A DNA stretch of 63,604 bases, counting the filler, from Atractiella rhizophila (taxonomy: Eukaryota): assembly GCA_021432655.1 (NCBI GenBank). It is 3 parts of 3 records of this genome, joined end to end, with 100 filler letters (N's around TTAATTAATTAA, not from the genome) between each part and the next. Parts side by side here need not be neighbours in the genome. Positions count along the whole stretch, not along the records: positions 26,778 to 53,439 come from MU271758.1; positions 53,540 to 63,604 come from MU271822.1; 1 more part is not named here. One strand, given 5' to 3'. Shown here piece by piece: positions 43,963 through 56,666 of the stretch (its first letter is position 1; every line of letters starts with the position of its first letter). Under the pieces are notes generated by a model, which worked only from the letters and a program-made list of their open reading frames with translations, searched no databases and was not told where the DNA came from. The position numbers were made by a program, and so were the translations under genes.

Positions 43963-45179
43963 CTACTTTTCCTCGCCTTCCTCGCCTTCTTCCCTCTCGA
44001 TCTCTCTCTGTATTCCTTGTCCCTTCGCTTCGCCTTCTCTTACTGATAGAGGAGTCTTTTGACCTAATGACTGAGGCGTAAGGGAGCTATTCAGTCCAAT
44101 GGGGTGTTCTGAGAATTGGGAGCGATGCCAAGGTGTACGAATCTACGAAACTTTTATGAGGCAACGAAAGATATTAGGAGGAGAAATACAGAATTCGCAA
44201 AATCGACTATTGTTCTGTCATCCAATGACTTATACATTTCAAGCAGAATATCAATGGCTTCTACAAAGCGAATTTCAATCAAAAATATGGCAGAGGGGAA
44301 ACAACTAACCGTCGACGCGATGCTCTTCATTCGCTGGCACCTCGCACTGAGCCTTCCAACTCTTCCTCATCTGGACTCTCGCAAGTTCAAAAGTGAGGTA
44401 GAGCACTGCAGCCACGATGATATCCTTGGGGTAGAGCAAGTGCACGACAGTGGTGTACGTGTCATTGAGGAAACCAAAGGCGGAGAGGCGCAATTGTTGT
44501 TCGCGGGAGGAAGAGAGGTGATATTCTGAGACGTGACGAAGGGAATCAAGCAGGTGGATATAGGGCAGTGCGGGATGAAGGTCGTAGCAAAGGACTCGAA
44601 GGAGCACATCCTCGTGGTAGAGAATGGTGCGTCGAAGCTGCATCCACTTTAGTCTGAACCGTTGCTAGGCGAAGAGAAAGAGAGAAGCTGACTTGATCCA
44701 ACGCCGTCTCACTTGTTTCTTCTTTCATGATATCCACAAGAGCAGTTTCGCATATGTCCCTTAGTTTTCTCGGAGATTCCTGAGTCTTGCAGGCGAGAAA
44801 GATGCAAGATGGCACCATGTCCTACTGTCTCATATTTAGCCCTGAGTGGCATCGATGAGAATAACACTAGCTTCTGGCTTATATGTGAGCAGGCTTTCTC
44901 TCATGTAGAATCGCATGAAATAAATCTGAGCTGTGCTGATGGTAATTTGTGGCCTGTTCAGCCTTTCAACGTGTACCTATGCTGCCAGAACAAGCTGACC
45001 TACAAAGCTGTTGTTCTCTCCTTCAGCTTGTGTCCCAGCTTGTTGATGTTCAGCAGGGAACGCTGGCGAAGAAAGTTCTCCTTAGCATAAGGCATGCCAG
45101 CTTCTCGTGAAGGGGTCGAGTCGAGATCATCTTTGGAGTATACCCATTTCAAAGTATCCCCTTCTGCCTGTTGGCTCAT
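43963..45179 (-). CDS. Transcriptional cyclin (cyclin K/T/L-like), duplicate copy lacking its native upstream region
   Basis: Cyclin-box motifs FISCDST(HRFYMR) region, SCIFLACKTQESPRKLRDI, ILYHEDVLLRVLCYDL, FLNDTYTT. The CDS appears identical to the 45833-47049 copy. Confidence 0.75.
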
Positions 45180-45832
45180 TTTAATCGTGCGTAAGGGCAG
45201 CCTTCGAACTCTTAGGCATCCTCGCTATCCTTCGCCCAGACGATTTGCAGTATCTCGGCACAGTCTGCTGAATAGCTAGAAGAGCAGCAGCCGCTGGGTC
45301 CCCATCTTCATGATCCGATATATGTATGACATGTCTTCATCATAAGAGACTCTCCTCATCCGCTGCCTCCATCTTGGCCTTCTCCTCCTCCTCCCGTCTT
45401 CTTAATCTTTCACCCACCCTCCACCCTTTCCTCCTATTTCTACTTCTGCTCCTCTTTCTCTTTGCCCTCTTTGTCTTTCGGCTCCACCACCGTTCAGAGT
45501 AACAGTCCTCTCTGAGGCGTCACTGTCGCTATATTCTTCCACAATCTCACGGTGCTCGTGAAAGTTTACCTCAAGCTGTTTTTCTCAGCTAGTGTCAGGC
45601 TTAGTTTCGAGTTTTCGATGTTTACTCTGACTTCCAACCACATCTTTCTCCAAAATCCGCCACTTGCCTGCCGATAGCCTATCGACCGCTCAGAGAGCAC
45701 TTTCGAAAAGAAAAGAGCCCAAAGAGTTGTGAGTGTTTCGTGCAGCTGATAAGGAACTTTGAACGTCAGCATGCATCAAGAGTTTGTAGCATAGCTATTG
45801 ACAAGCAGAATGTTCAAAGGAAATGCGGATCC

Positions 45833-47049
45833 CTACTTTTCCTCGCCTTCCTCGCCTTCTTCCCTCTCGATCTCTCTCTGTATTCCTTGTCCCTTCGCTT
45901 CGCCTTCTCTTACTGATAGAGGAGTCTTTTGACCTAATGACTGAGGCGTAAGGGAGCTATTCAGTCCAATGGGGTGTTCTGAGAATTGGGAGCGATGCCA
46001 AGGTGTACGAATCTACGAAACTTTTATGAGGCAACGAAAGATATTAGGAGGAGAAATACAGAATTCGCAAAATCGACTATTGTTCTGTCATCCAATGACT
46101 TATACATTTCAAGCAGAATATCAATGGCTTCTACAAAGCGAATTTCAATCAAAAATATGGCAGAGGGGAAACAACTAACCGTCGACGCGATGCTCTTCAT
46201 TCGCTGGCACCTCGCACTGAGCCTTCCAACTCTTCCTCATCTGGACTCTCGCAAGTTCAAAAGTGAGGTAGAGCACTGCAGCCACGATGATATCCTTGGG
46301 GTAGAGCAAGTGCACGACAGTGGTGTACGTGTCATTGAGGAAACCAAAGGCGGAGAGGCGCAATTGTTGTTCGCGGGAGGAAGAGAGGTGATATTCTGAG
46401 ACGTGACGAAGGGAATCAAGCAGGTGGATATAGGGCAGTGCGGGATGAAGGTCGTAGCAAAGGACTCGAAGGAGCACATCCTCGTGGTAGAGAATGGTGC
46501 GTCGAAGCTGCATCCACTTTAGTCTGAACCGTTGCTAGGCGAAGAGAAAGAGAGAAGCTGACTTGATCCAACGCCGTCTCACTTGTTTCTTCTTTCATGA
46601 TATCCACAAGAGCAGTTTCGCATATGTCCCTTAGTTTTCTCGGAGATTCCTGAGTCTTGCAGGCGAGAAAGATGCAAGATGGCACCATGTCCTACTGTCT
46701 CATATTTAGCCCTGAGTGGCATCGATGAGAATAACACTAGCTTCTGGCTTATATGTGAGCAGGCTTTCTCTCATGTAGAATCGCATGAAATAAATCTGAG
46801 CTGTGCTGATGGTAATTTGTGGCCTGTTCAGCCTTTCAACGTGTACCTATGCTGCCAGAACAAGCTGACCTACAAAGCTGTTGTTCTCTCCTTCAGCTTG
46901 TGTCCCAGCTTGTTGATGTTCAGCAGGGAACGCTGGCGAAGAAAGTTCTCCTTAGCATAAGGCATGCCAGCTTCTCGTGAAGGGGTCGAGTCGAGATCAT
47001 CTTTGGAGTATACCCATTTCAAAGTATCCCCTTCTGCCTGTTGGCTCAT
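45833..47049 (-). CDS. Transcriptional cyclin (cyclin K/T/L-like; Pch1/Ctk2-type)
   Basis: MSQQAEGDTLKWVYSKDDLDSTPSREAG..., SCIFLACKTQESPRKLRDI, ILYHEDVLLRVLCYDLHPALPY. Ends EEGEEK*. Confidence 0.85.
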
Positions 47050-47282
47050 TTTCTTTTCCTTTGTTGTTGGCGGTCGGAAAAAATGGTTTCAAGAGTTTAA
47101 TTTCGGAGGAAGTGAAGATTTCAAATTGAGTGTTAGGGTAGGCACTTTAGCTTCTGTCTGTAATGATATTGATGTCGTGTTGATGCATCCAATAGAACCA
47201 GGAGATGTCCTGTCTCCTCCCCCACTTCCTGCGACCAAAAACACGCAAAGTCACTTCAGGTTCCGCCCATCGTCCACTCATC

Positions 47283-48901
47283 ATGTCGCCGCCACCATAT
47301 TCCTCTGTCAAATCTAGTCTTGGAGGAACAGGGGAAAAGGAGCCAGTTCAGAGAAAGGATAGTGAGAAAAGTCCTGTGATGAAAAGCGTCGAGGAATCCA
47401 TCCATTCGCTCTCTTCCTCCCTTCGCACCCTCTCGCTTTCCATTCACAACAATCCAGAGGTAGGTTGGAAGGAGTTCGACACCAGTAGCACCCTCGTCAA
47501 CTACCTTACCTCCCAAACAAAAGGAAAAGAAGGTTTCGAGATCACATACCCCGTCCACGAGTCCCTCCCAACAGCATGGAGAGCTACTTTTGTCAACGGC
47601 AAAGGAGGGAGGACGATTGGCTTCCAGAGCGAGATGGATGCACTCCCTGGAGTCGGACACGCTTGTGGCCACAACTTGATCGCCATTAGCGGTGTTGCAG
47701 CATTTCTCTCGCTCGCTGAATCCATGAGGGAACACGATATTACTGGAAAATTGATTCTGCTTGGAACCCCAGCAGAGGAGCTGGACGGTGGTAAGATCAA
47801 ACTGATTGAGCTAGGTGAATAAGGCAACTGAAACTCAGCGTGTTATTGACTGTTAACGATAGGCGAATACGAAAAAATGGATACTTGCATGATGTTACAT
47901 CCTGCACCTTCTGGAGGTTTCGGTATGATATTGCACTTATCAATTTGAGACTGTACAAACGTGATAGTCAGGTCCAATGATGGCGGTGGCGGTAGTGAAA
48001 GCCCGTTTTACTGGCAAAGAAGCGCACGCAGCCGGTTCGTCTTCATCTTTCTCATGATCTGTGTCTTACTAGTGATCTACCGACGTTAGGTTTTCCTTGG
48101 GAAGGTAGAAACGCGCTGGACGCTGCTGTTGTCTCCTACCAAGCGATCTCCGTGCTTCGACAACAAACTCATCCTTCTTACAGAATCCATGGCATCATGG
48201 GTCCAGGAGAAGGCAATCGTTGGGTTCAGAACATGTACGTGTGTCGCCATTGTTGCTTGCCCTGTGTGCCCACTTTGCTTGTCTGCAGAATTCCAGCAAC
48301 TTCTGAACTCGAATTTGGCGTGAGGACACCTCGGTCGGAAGATTTATCGGAACTAAAGAAGAAGGTAGAGAGGTGCTTTCTGGCGGGGAAAGAAGCGACT
48401 GGGTGTGAATTGACTGTGGAATGGACCATGGAATACAAGGGTGAGTCCCATGGGACTCAAAGACATGTGCTGATGGCGAATCGGATTGGCGACAGATTTG
48501 CGAAACAAACGCTGCCTTGCAAGAAGAATACAAAAGTTACATGGAAAGTCACCAGGATGTCCCAGTAAATGTCATCGAACCTTTGGGATCGACTGATTTT
48601 GGTGATGTCTCTCACGTCTGTCCATCTATTCACCCAATGTTCGCAATACCAGTGCAAGGTGAGAACAGCGGGAACCACACGTATGGATTCGCAAAAGCTG
48701 GTACGCAAAATTACTCTTCGAAAAAAACCGTCAGCTGTTTACAAATGTATGACAGCCGCTACTGAGGAGGCTCACAACGAAACTCTGAAGGTGTCAGCCG
48801 GAATCGCGGTCACTGCCGCACGCGTTCTCCTCGACAGTAGCTTCGCTGCGAGGGTGAGAAACAATTTCGATACCCAAGTCTTAGGACAGGTTAATGAGTG
48901 A
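47283..48901 (+). CDS. Peptidase M20 / amidohydrolase (PM20D2/ACY1L2-like)
   Basis: IHNNPEVGWKE, EMDALPGVGHACGHNLIA, LLGTPAEELDGGK, AHAA.FPWEGRNALDA, GSTDFGDVS...PSIHPMF, NHT. Confidence 0.93.
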
Positions 48902-48921
48902 CAAACTGCCATCCTTGCAAT

Positions 48922-51900
48922 CTAATCGAGGTCAATCAAATCAGTGTCATTCTCCTTCTCCTCTCTAGCCAGCTTATAGAAATATCCGCCTTCGTTCTTG
49001 ACCAGTTCTTGCGGAGCATCGTATTCGACTAGCCTTCCTCCATCCAGCACAGCGATCATATCTGAAGAGTTTTCAATGGTGTGAATTCGATGGGCAACAA
49101 TCTAAACGTGGGATAAGATTCTGCATGCGAAATTCAAACTTTTTCATGCATACCAACACAGTGCAACTCCGAAAAGCGTCCCTCAGACTAGCACCAATAA
49201 CATGAGTTTCTTTGATCAGATTTCAACAGCAGAAACTAGCGTACGCTTCCTGCAATGCATTTTCAGTTAGCTGGTCAATTGAGGACGTTCCCTCATCAAT
49301 AGCCACAATTTTTTTGTTTCGGCTCAGCATTGCTCGTGCCAAGCAGAGTAATTGCCCTTCCACTTGTTCAGCATTCAGGCAGAGGGGACGACGCGGACTT
49401 ACTCTGTCCACGACTGAATGTATCACCGTCATTCTTGATAGTTGTGTCTAATTTGGCAGGTAATCCCTCAACATGTGTTTTCATCTATGCATGGCATGGT
49501 CTTATCAAACAACTGGTAGTTGTAATTGGGCATCTGAAAGGACGTACGTGAACACTTTCCAGCGCCTTCCAAATATCATCATCAGACCAGCAATTGGCTA
49601 TGTCCAGGTTGTCACGCAAAGACGTTGCTAGTAACACTGGATCTACATTCGCCGGTTAGAGTCTTATTGCCAAGTAGCATGGATCGTGTGGTACCTTGGG
49701 GAATTATGGTCAACCTAGACCTGAGGGCAAGCCTTGAAATGGCAGCTATGTCGATACCATCGACTGGACACAACTTCAGGCTTTGCAATGGACAGTTGAA
49801 ACGACCGTACTCTTGATTTTCCCACTCTCTATCTCTCTGAGCCTGAACAGAGAATTGATGAGAGTTGTCTTCCCACTTCCTAGCATAACGAGTCAGTTGG
49901 ACTCGAAGTAATCAAAACTCTACCTGTTCGTCCACACACCCCTAGCCGTGTTCCGCCCTGAATCTCGAAATTGATGTCGTCCAAAGCCAGGTTTGCTTCA
50001 TTGTTATAGCGTACGTCGACGTGCTCGAACGCAATTCTTCCCCGTTGCGGCCATGTTGGCTCAACGGATTGGTGATCGTTGGGAAAATCCATGTCTTCTG
50101 AAGGGAGCGTGCTGTATCATGGTCAAAAACGGTTCAATAAAAACTTTGTCCCACCGGAGCTCATCCAGGCGCGCGACAGAAACCACTGAACAGGGCAAGT
50201 CATTTGGCACCGGGCCCTTCGGAGTCAATGGCTTACTTGAAACTTCCAAGAGACTGTAAGCTTGCGTAAGGAAGCCAAGGAACATTGACATGAATGTCAG
50301 TTGAATCAAAGAAACGCCAAGAAAAGCCTTCGTTTCTGCGCTTTGTCGAGTAACTGGAGAAGCCTTTAAGTCACAAACAAGCTAACCTGTTGAAACTTAC
50401 CGACAGCAAACGCTACCAGTGACACATTGATCACGGTCGACAGGATTCCAAGGGTAGATGACAACCAGCTGAATATCATTCAGTACACGCTACGCTGAGT
50501 GGTTCACCTGCCTTCGAATAACATCCCAATAGAACGCTTTTTGGGCATCCCTCAGCAACTCTGTGTTCTTAGATATCAAGAGCTGCTGTTTCCCGAAAGC
50601 TCGAATGGTCAATAGACCGCGTATGTCGAGGGTTTCAGAGAACAGTCCATATATCGGATTCATCGAGACAGAGCGCAATCGTGAGATTTGCTGAGCGCAA
50701 TACTGCGGATCCATTTAGTATGAGCAGGGAGACGATGGGATAAGGATATATGGACAGACGTTATAGAATCGAGCCACATATCCGAAGCACGTTAAACAAA
50801 CTATGATGACTATGGAAGTCTACACCACGTCACATGAGTGCTTACGACATGTGCGGGTAAACTACTTGCAGGAGGAGATGCAAGCGATATGACTGCCAGT
50901 CGAGTGATAACCTACACAACGTCATGCACTACATACTGCAGGTGAAGTGGACACACCATTGACAACGTGGCTCCAAAATTTATAAAAGGTCCATGAATGT
51001 TGTCCAGCCCAGCAAAATCACCCGCGAACCGATTGATCAAACGCCCTATCGCATGTTTCTCGAAAAATTCCAGGTCCGTACTGTAGTACAAAGTCACGGG
51101 ATTTCGTGAACATAGAAGATGGGACACGAGCCGAAATGTTCCTTCCATGACGCTGTCCCCGTAATTCTTAGACAGTTTGTACGGCAGCTCCACCGCAGTG
51201 AAATAGAAAGTCCAGCTGAGAATGATGAAATACAGGATCTCGATGCCGATGTAACCTCCCAGGAACTGTAGGGCAAGCGTTTTATTCTGGTTCGCCCCAC
51301 CCATACCGTTAAACCAGATTTGGAGGAAGACCTGGATGAGTGCTCCCGACCCCGCGCCAAGAGCAAGCAAACATAGGGCGAGCAGTAGACTTCGTACTCC
51401 TCCAGAGGTACTATCTTACAATATGAACAATTGTTCTCGGGGTGAGGGAGGTGCTCACAAGAAGCTCCAATGCATCGACAAAGAGATACCGCGAAAGCCA
51501 ACCTCATCGTTGATCATTCCTTCGTCTTCCTGCGGTACGAGACCCGGTTCAAATTCGACTTGTGAGGAAAGAAACCTAGATTGAACGCTATCGGATTTGC
51601 TTTGCTTCGCACTCAGCTCAGCCATCCAGCTTGCAGCGACTTTAGATGCTTCAAGATCGCCGAAAGAACCTTGTTCAATCACACTCCCTCCCTCCATGAA
51701 CAACAACCAGTCCGCAGATGATAACCTATGGATCCCGTTGGTGACTAATATCACAGTCTTCCCACGCAACAGGCCTCTCTCTCCAAAGAGAGAGGAAAAA
51801 ACATGTCTCTCGGTAACTTGATCTAGAGCTGAGAAACAATCATCGAGCAAGTGTAGCTCTGAGTTTCTGGCATACACAGCTCTGGCCAGAGCAATCCTCT

Positions 51901-53439
51901 GTTTGCCGTTAACTGTGATACACAACAAAGAAGGAGATAGATACCGCTCGCTGTCCACCTGAGAGTCCGTTACAAATACTCTTATCTCCATGCCGCATCA
52001 GCTAAATCGTAAATGTCAGATAGTTCATATTGCGAGAAGGATATCCCACCTTGAAGTCGATATCCAAAGCAACAGCTTTGATTACCGTTTGATACCATAC
52101 TTCATCCATAGGTTCGAAGAACAAGATGTTGGACCTGATTGATTCCCCAACTCTGAGCCATGGCTCTTGTGCAGCAAATGACTTCGGGACTGTTTTGTCG
52201 ATGTCTGAACTTCCCGAAACCAATTTCAATTCTCCAAGAATCGCTTGCAGAAAAAGGCTCTTTCCGCAGCCGACACGTCCGAAAACCATTGTCAGCTGCT
52301 TGAACGGAATCCTCGCATTAAGATTTCGGAGAACCGCGTCATCTTTCGAGCTGTATGTTGCGTTCGTTAGCTTTATTTGAGTGTCGCTAGCCATGGATAT
52401 CTCTCCCTTCTGCATATCATCACTTAATAAGAAACTCTAAGCCTTGCGATAAGTCACAATCATAGGTCAATCAGACGTCGCACCTCGATCCGCTTCAGCG
52501 ACTCGTAAGCTGCCACAGCCTGGCCATACATTTGACCACTAAGATCCATCAATCAGCGACAACTTATGGAATGAAACTGTACCAACAGCATAACCAGCGG
52601 ATTCGCGACTATTCCTAGGACGGACAGGACGGGGAACAACCGTTCAGGAGAAAGGTCGTAGGTCATTGATTGACTGAAGAGGTAAAGGAGAGTGTAGGAC
52701 CTGCAGACAGGAATCACTATGATTTGTGATATAAATAACCGCAGCTTCACGTCAATGTTGCCAGTTGCATCAGGTTACCAGCGTAGTCTAGAGGCCTATC
52801 GATTGTGCTGAATGGATGAAGAGTCATGGCACGCACTGGAAAGATTGATCATCCAAACAAGCTTCTGCCATAAAAGCTTCCTACCCTGAAGCTCTCGCTC
52901 TCTGTACTCCTTCATTCTCCCGATCAACGAAAGTTCCCTAGAATATTGTAAGGGTTTATAAACTCAAGTGTGAGATCAGCAAACCATGCGCTCAGTTTGA
53001 TGGCTTTGATACCCTTCAAAACGGAAGATATGAACTTGACTCGTGCGTCGGAAAGTGCCAAATAGGCCCCTTGCGCTTCTCCAACTCCACGAGAAAGGAA
53101 AGGAGTAACAGCGAAGAAAAAAAAGGCGGCAAGCAGGGGAGCAACGAAGACAAACTTGATTTCTCTGTACAGAAGGAACACTCCGACAAGGATCTTGATG
53201 ATTGTGGGGTATACAGCTGTAACGATAAGTTCAGACTATTCCACAATGTGAAAAAGACAACAAACCATGCAGCACCGCTATTTGGTTTATGATCCTGTTT
53301 ACATCCTACAAAAGGTAGATCAATGAGGATAGAACTCACTTAGCGGACACTCACATTATTGATGAGATTGCTAGCTTTGCCAATGCCGATGTCCTGGATC
53401 GTGACTACGTCAATCCTGCCAATGTACTCAGTGTTGTCG
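48922..53439 (-). CDS. ABCC/MRP-type ABC transporter, 5'-truncated by scaffold end
   Basis: NBD1 GRVGCGKS, LSGGQ, LLDDCFSALD. TMD2 IGRLINRF, PIYGLFSETL. NBD2 GVCGRTG.GK, FSRGQ, LCLARAML, IDEGTSSID, IVAHRIHTI. Confidence 0.93.
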
Positions 53440-53539
53440 NNNNNNNNNNNNNNNNNNNNNNNNNNNNNNNNNNNNNNNNNNNNTTAATTAATTAANNNNN
53501 NNNNNNNNNNNNNNNNNNNNNNNNNNNNNNNNNNNNNNN
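53440..53539. other. Artificial scaffold spacer (N44-TTAATTAATTAA-N44)
   Basis: Same 100-bp linker as at 26678-26777. Confidence 0.97.
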
Positions 53540-54744
53540 TCATCTATCCCATCTCTCTGAACCCACGGCATTTTCTGTCCTTCCTCGCCAGCCCTCAGTT
53601 CTTCCCCTCCCACAGCTCGAGGTGTCCTGACCGCATCCATTCCATTATCATCCCTCAATCTCTCTGTTCCAGACCTCTGTCTCCTCCTCCCTTCCCTCAA
53701 ACGTTTATAATATTCGTCTTCGGATTCCTCCTCACTCCTAGAGAAAATCGAATCATCATCTGTACCAGCCGCGCTGCTCCCCAAGCTCCCACTCCTCTCC
53801 ATCCCTCTGCCATCGCTCTCACTGGCGCTAGCACTGGCATCGCCCTCGGAACGTTCCGATTGCATCGTGTTAGATGTCGCGTCTGTAACTTGGGAGAACT
53901 GGGTGAGAGAACTGCTACTTATCCCGAACTCGGGCACGATTCCCATCCCGCTCATTCCAATTCCCATTCCCATCTCCATCTCCAACACCTCTCTCTCTCC
54001 ATCGCTCGTCGTGGTCTCCGAATCCACATCCAGCTCATCCAAGTTATCACTGGACCCAACTGGGCTCCTCACAGCTTCCCCTTCGAAGCCCCGGCGCCGA
54101 CACATGACTCTCCAAATCTCATCATCCGTTACAATGTTCCGCCAAGACCTACTCACAAGCGCACACCTTGCGAGAGAACGTGGATCTTCGGATACAAAAT
54201 GCAGGATTCGAAGCCCAAGTTCCGGAGGCAGATCCCGGATGAAATCACGTTTGAGGAGCGGAGAGAGTAGCTGCGAGAGCATATGCAAATCGGTAGGAGG
54301 GAGAGCATTGAGAAAGTCCCTGAGGAAGAGATGGAGTTCTGCGCGAGGTAGATTAAGAAGAGTGGGAATGAAGGATGCGGGAGAGGTCGAGAAATCCGTT
54401 TCCCTGTGTCCATTTACACCGTTATGACCAAGTTGCTTCTCCCCATCCCCAGCTTCAGACGTCGGGCTATTGGGAAGATCCATCCACGGCAGAATGGAAG
54501 CAGCCAGCCCCACTGCGGAACGTCGTGGATCGTGAGGTCGTGGACTCGGAGCAGGGGTAGGAGGAGAGATCGTGGATGTAACGAGGACTAGGTTGGAGCG
54601 TGTGCCCGAGGATGATGAAGCATTGGCGCTAGGGCGGGAAGAGGAGGGAAGGTGGAGAGGGAAGGTAGGGTGAGGGGATGGGAGTGTGCCCTCGCGTTCT
54701 TTGCCTTTTACAGAGGCGGAAACAAATGGCGGTGGATGAGACAT
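53540..54744 (-). CDS. F-box protein N-terminal part (Cdc4/Met30/beta-TrCP-like, probably WD40), cut by scaffold end
   Basis: LSPLLKRDFIRDLPPELGLRILHFV...LARCALVSRSWRNIVTDDEIWRVMC. No WD40 repeats are visible in the window. Confidence 0.82.
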
Positions 54745-56666
54745 CTTGACTCCCTGTAGACAAGAGGTGTTAGCTACTGCTGCTCGCTTAAAATGCGGAT
54801 TCCATCCAGCATTCAGTTCGGGAACCGATCACTTCTGTATTGAATTATGACAGAAAAGGAGCATGTAGCATCCCAAGCGAAGCGGCAAGCAACGTGAAAC
54901 TCGAGGGTATAACGGTGGTCCAATATTCACAAACTCGTCACATCCTTCACATTATCAATCCATCCAAAGCTAGCTGTTTACAACTGCCATCGGCTTGCGG
55001 CCGCTTCAATGCAATCGTACTCTCGGAAAGGTCATTGGGAATCCAGGTCGCCACACTAATCCAAACAGACCAGGGGCGTTCAACAGCTTGCATCCAGCTT
55101 TATTCTGATAAAACAACCATTCAGATATCAAAGACAGATGCAAGGCTAGGGCAGAAGTGATAACACATCAACTTGATCTCGCATGCACACAACTGTACAT
55201 AACCGATGCACTTCAGAATCTGCAAAACTGCCGCTACCATCTACGTTTACGCGAGAAGGTACTCACCTATGGACGTTAAAAGCTTAGATTCCTGCTGACC
55301 AACGCCACAACTCCTTATCCCGTCTTATCCACCGAAATCCGCCGAAAGTACGGTACGTTCCAGACGCTTGTTCCTTTCAAATTCGACTGGCTGCCCTTAT
55401 AATGTATACCTTAATGCCCTTATTCGTGCGGTTGGTGAGAATGAAAGCGGTTGTTAATGAATCCTGTACCAACTGCAAGAAAGGTTGTTAGGATACTCTT
55501 TGAAGAAAGTTATCAAACCTTATCTGTGGTTTTCAAATTTAAGACCAATGTTCTCACGGATCCGGCGAGCTGTGGGGATGAAATTTGGATGAAACGAGAT
55601 GTGATGAATCTCTCCATACGGTGTGTTATCCCGACTTATGCACTCTGAAGGGGTTCTAAGGTGCACTTTGAGGCTTCCTTCTGTTCTATAACGTCAATTC
55701 ATCACCCTGATTGATCTACAATGCTTGTGTCCGTCTCGCTTTCCTTTGAAACCTTCCATTTAGTCTCACAATCGTTAGGAAAGCTTTCTGTTTTATTGGC
55801 AGAAGGAACGGCGCTACTTTCTTATCTCACACATTTTCTCATGCTCGCCAATGTGCAAGCTAGAAATAATTGACTTCTCCACCATGTTGCTTTCAAAACT
55901 CCTGTCCCTTGCCAAACTTCTAAGTCTCCATAGCGCTCAGGAAGCGTCCACTCCAAGTTCTGATCATAAAAATAGTCTATCATCCTCCACGCTGAGAGTG
56001 AGTACGAAGGAACGCCGTACCCTATTATTTGGGATGCAAAAGTTGCCCAATTGGCACTGTGCTTGAACTGATCAGAAAATGTACAGAAATGACGAACTCC
56101 TTTTCAATTCTCATTTCGGCGAAATAAGTAAGCAACAGTCGAAGATGCAAGTACAAATCTTTCTAGACTTGCTCAGTCGATGCCTTTAAGACCGAAATAA
56201 TTCCCGCTTCCTTCTTCCTTCTCGTCTAGGTCTTACCTAGAACAGGACGGTAGAACCGGGATTAGAGCAGCAATAGTGGAGATGACGAGTCCCGTCAATA
56301 CGCGTGATTGAAAACTAGTGTCTGCGTCCTTAGCTCTGACGGCAGAGTAATCAGTGCTTCATCAATTCTTCACTTTGATGCGTTTTGAACATCCTTTTTA
56401 CCTCCCGATAGACACTCCGGAAGTTTTCCCCGCTGCGGTGACGCCGCTCCTGCCTCCGGGAAGTCAGTCCACTTGCTCAGTAAGCTCAAGAAGCTCAACG
56501 CGTGTACACATGGCGCGTTTACCCGCTTCATTCTTGCCATGACAGCGCTAAGGCTAGAGGGACCGGCATTTTGATCCTGGCCGGATTGCAACATCGACGG
56601 CCATTTAAAAGAGCTCATGGCAGGCAACCTCTTCGACATTGTCATTCCAACAAGTCAAAATCCAGG

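Larger units (their letters stand above)
43536..47052. repeat. Direct duplication of 1647 bp (43536-45182 / 45406-47052) separated by a 223-bp unique filler
   Basis: Sequence and ORF track repeat with an exact 1870-bp offset. Confidence 0.97.

Noticed and set aside
45340..45772. Separate small minus-strand gene downstream of the cyclin
   Set aside because: No consistent splice model gave a recognisable protein. The pyrimidine-rich plus strand is better explained as duplicated ATP17 3' UTR.
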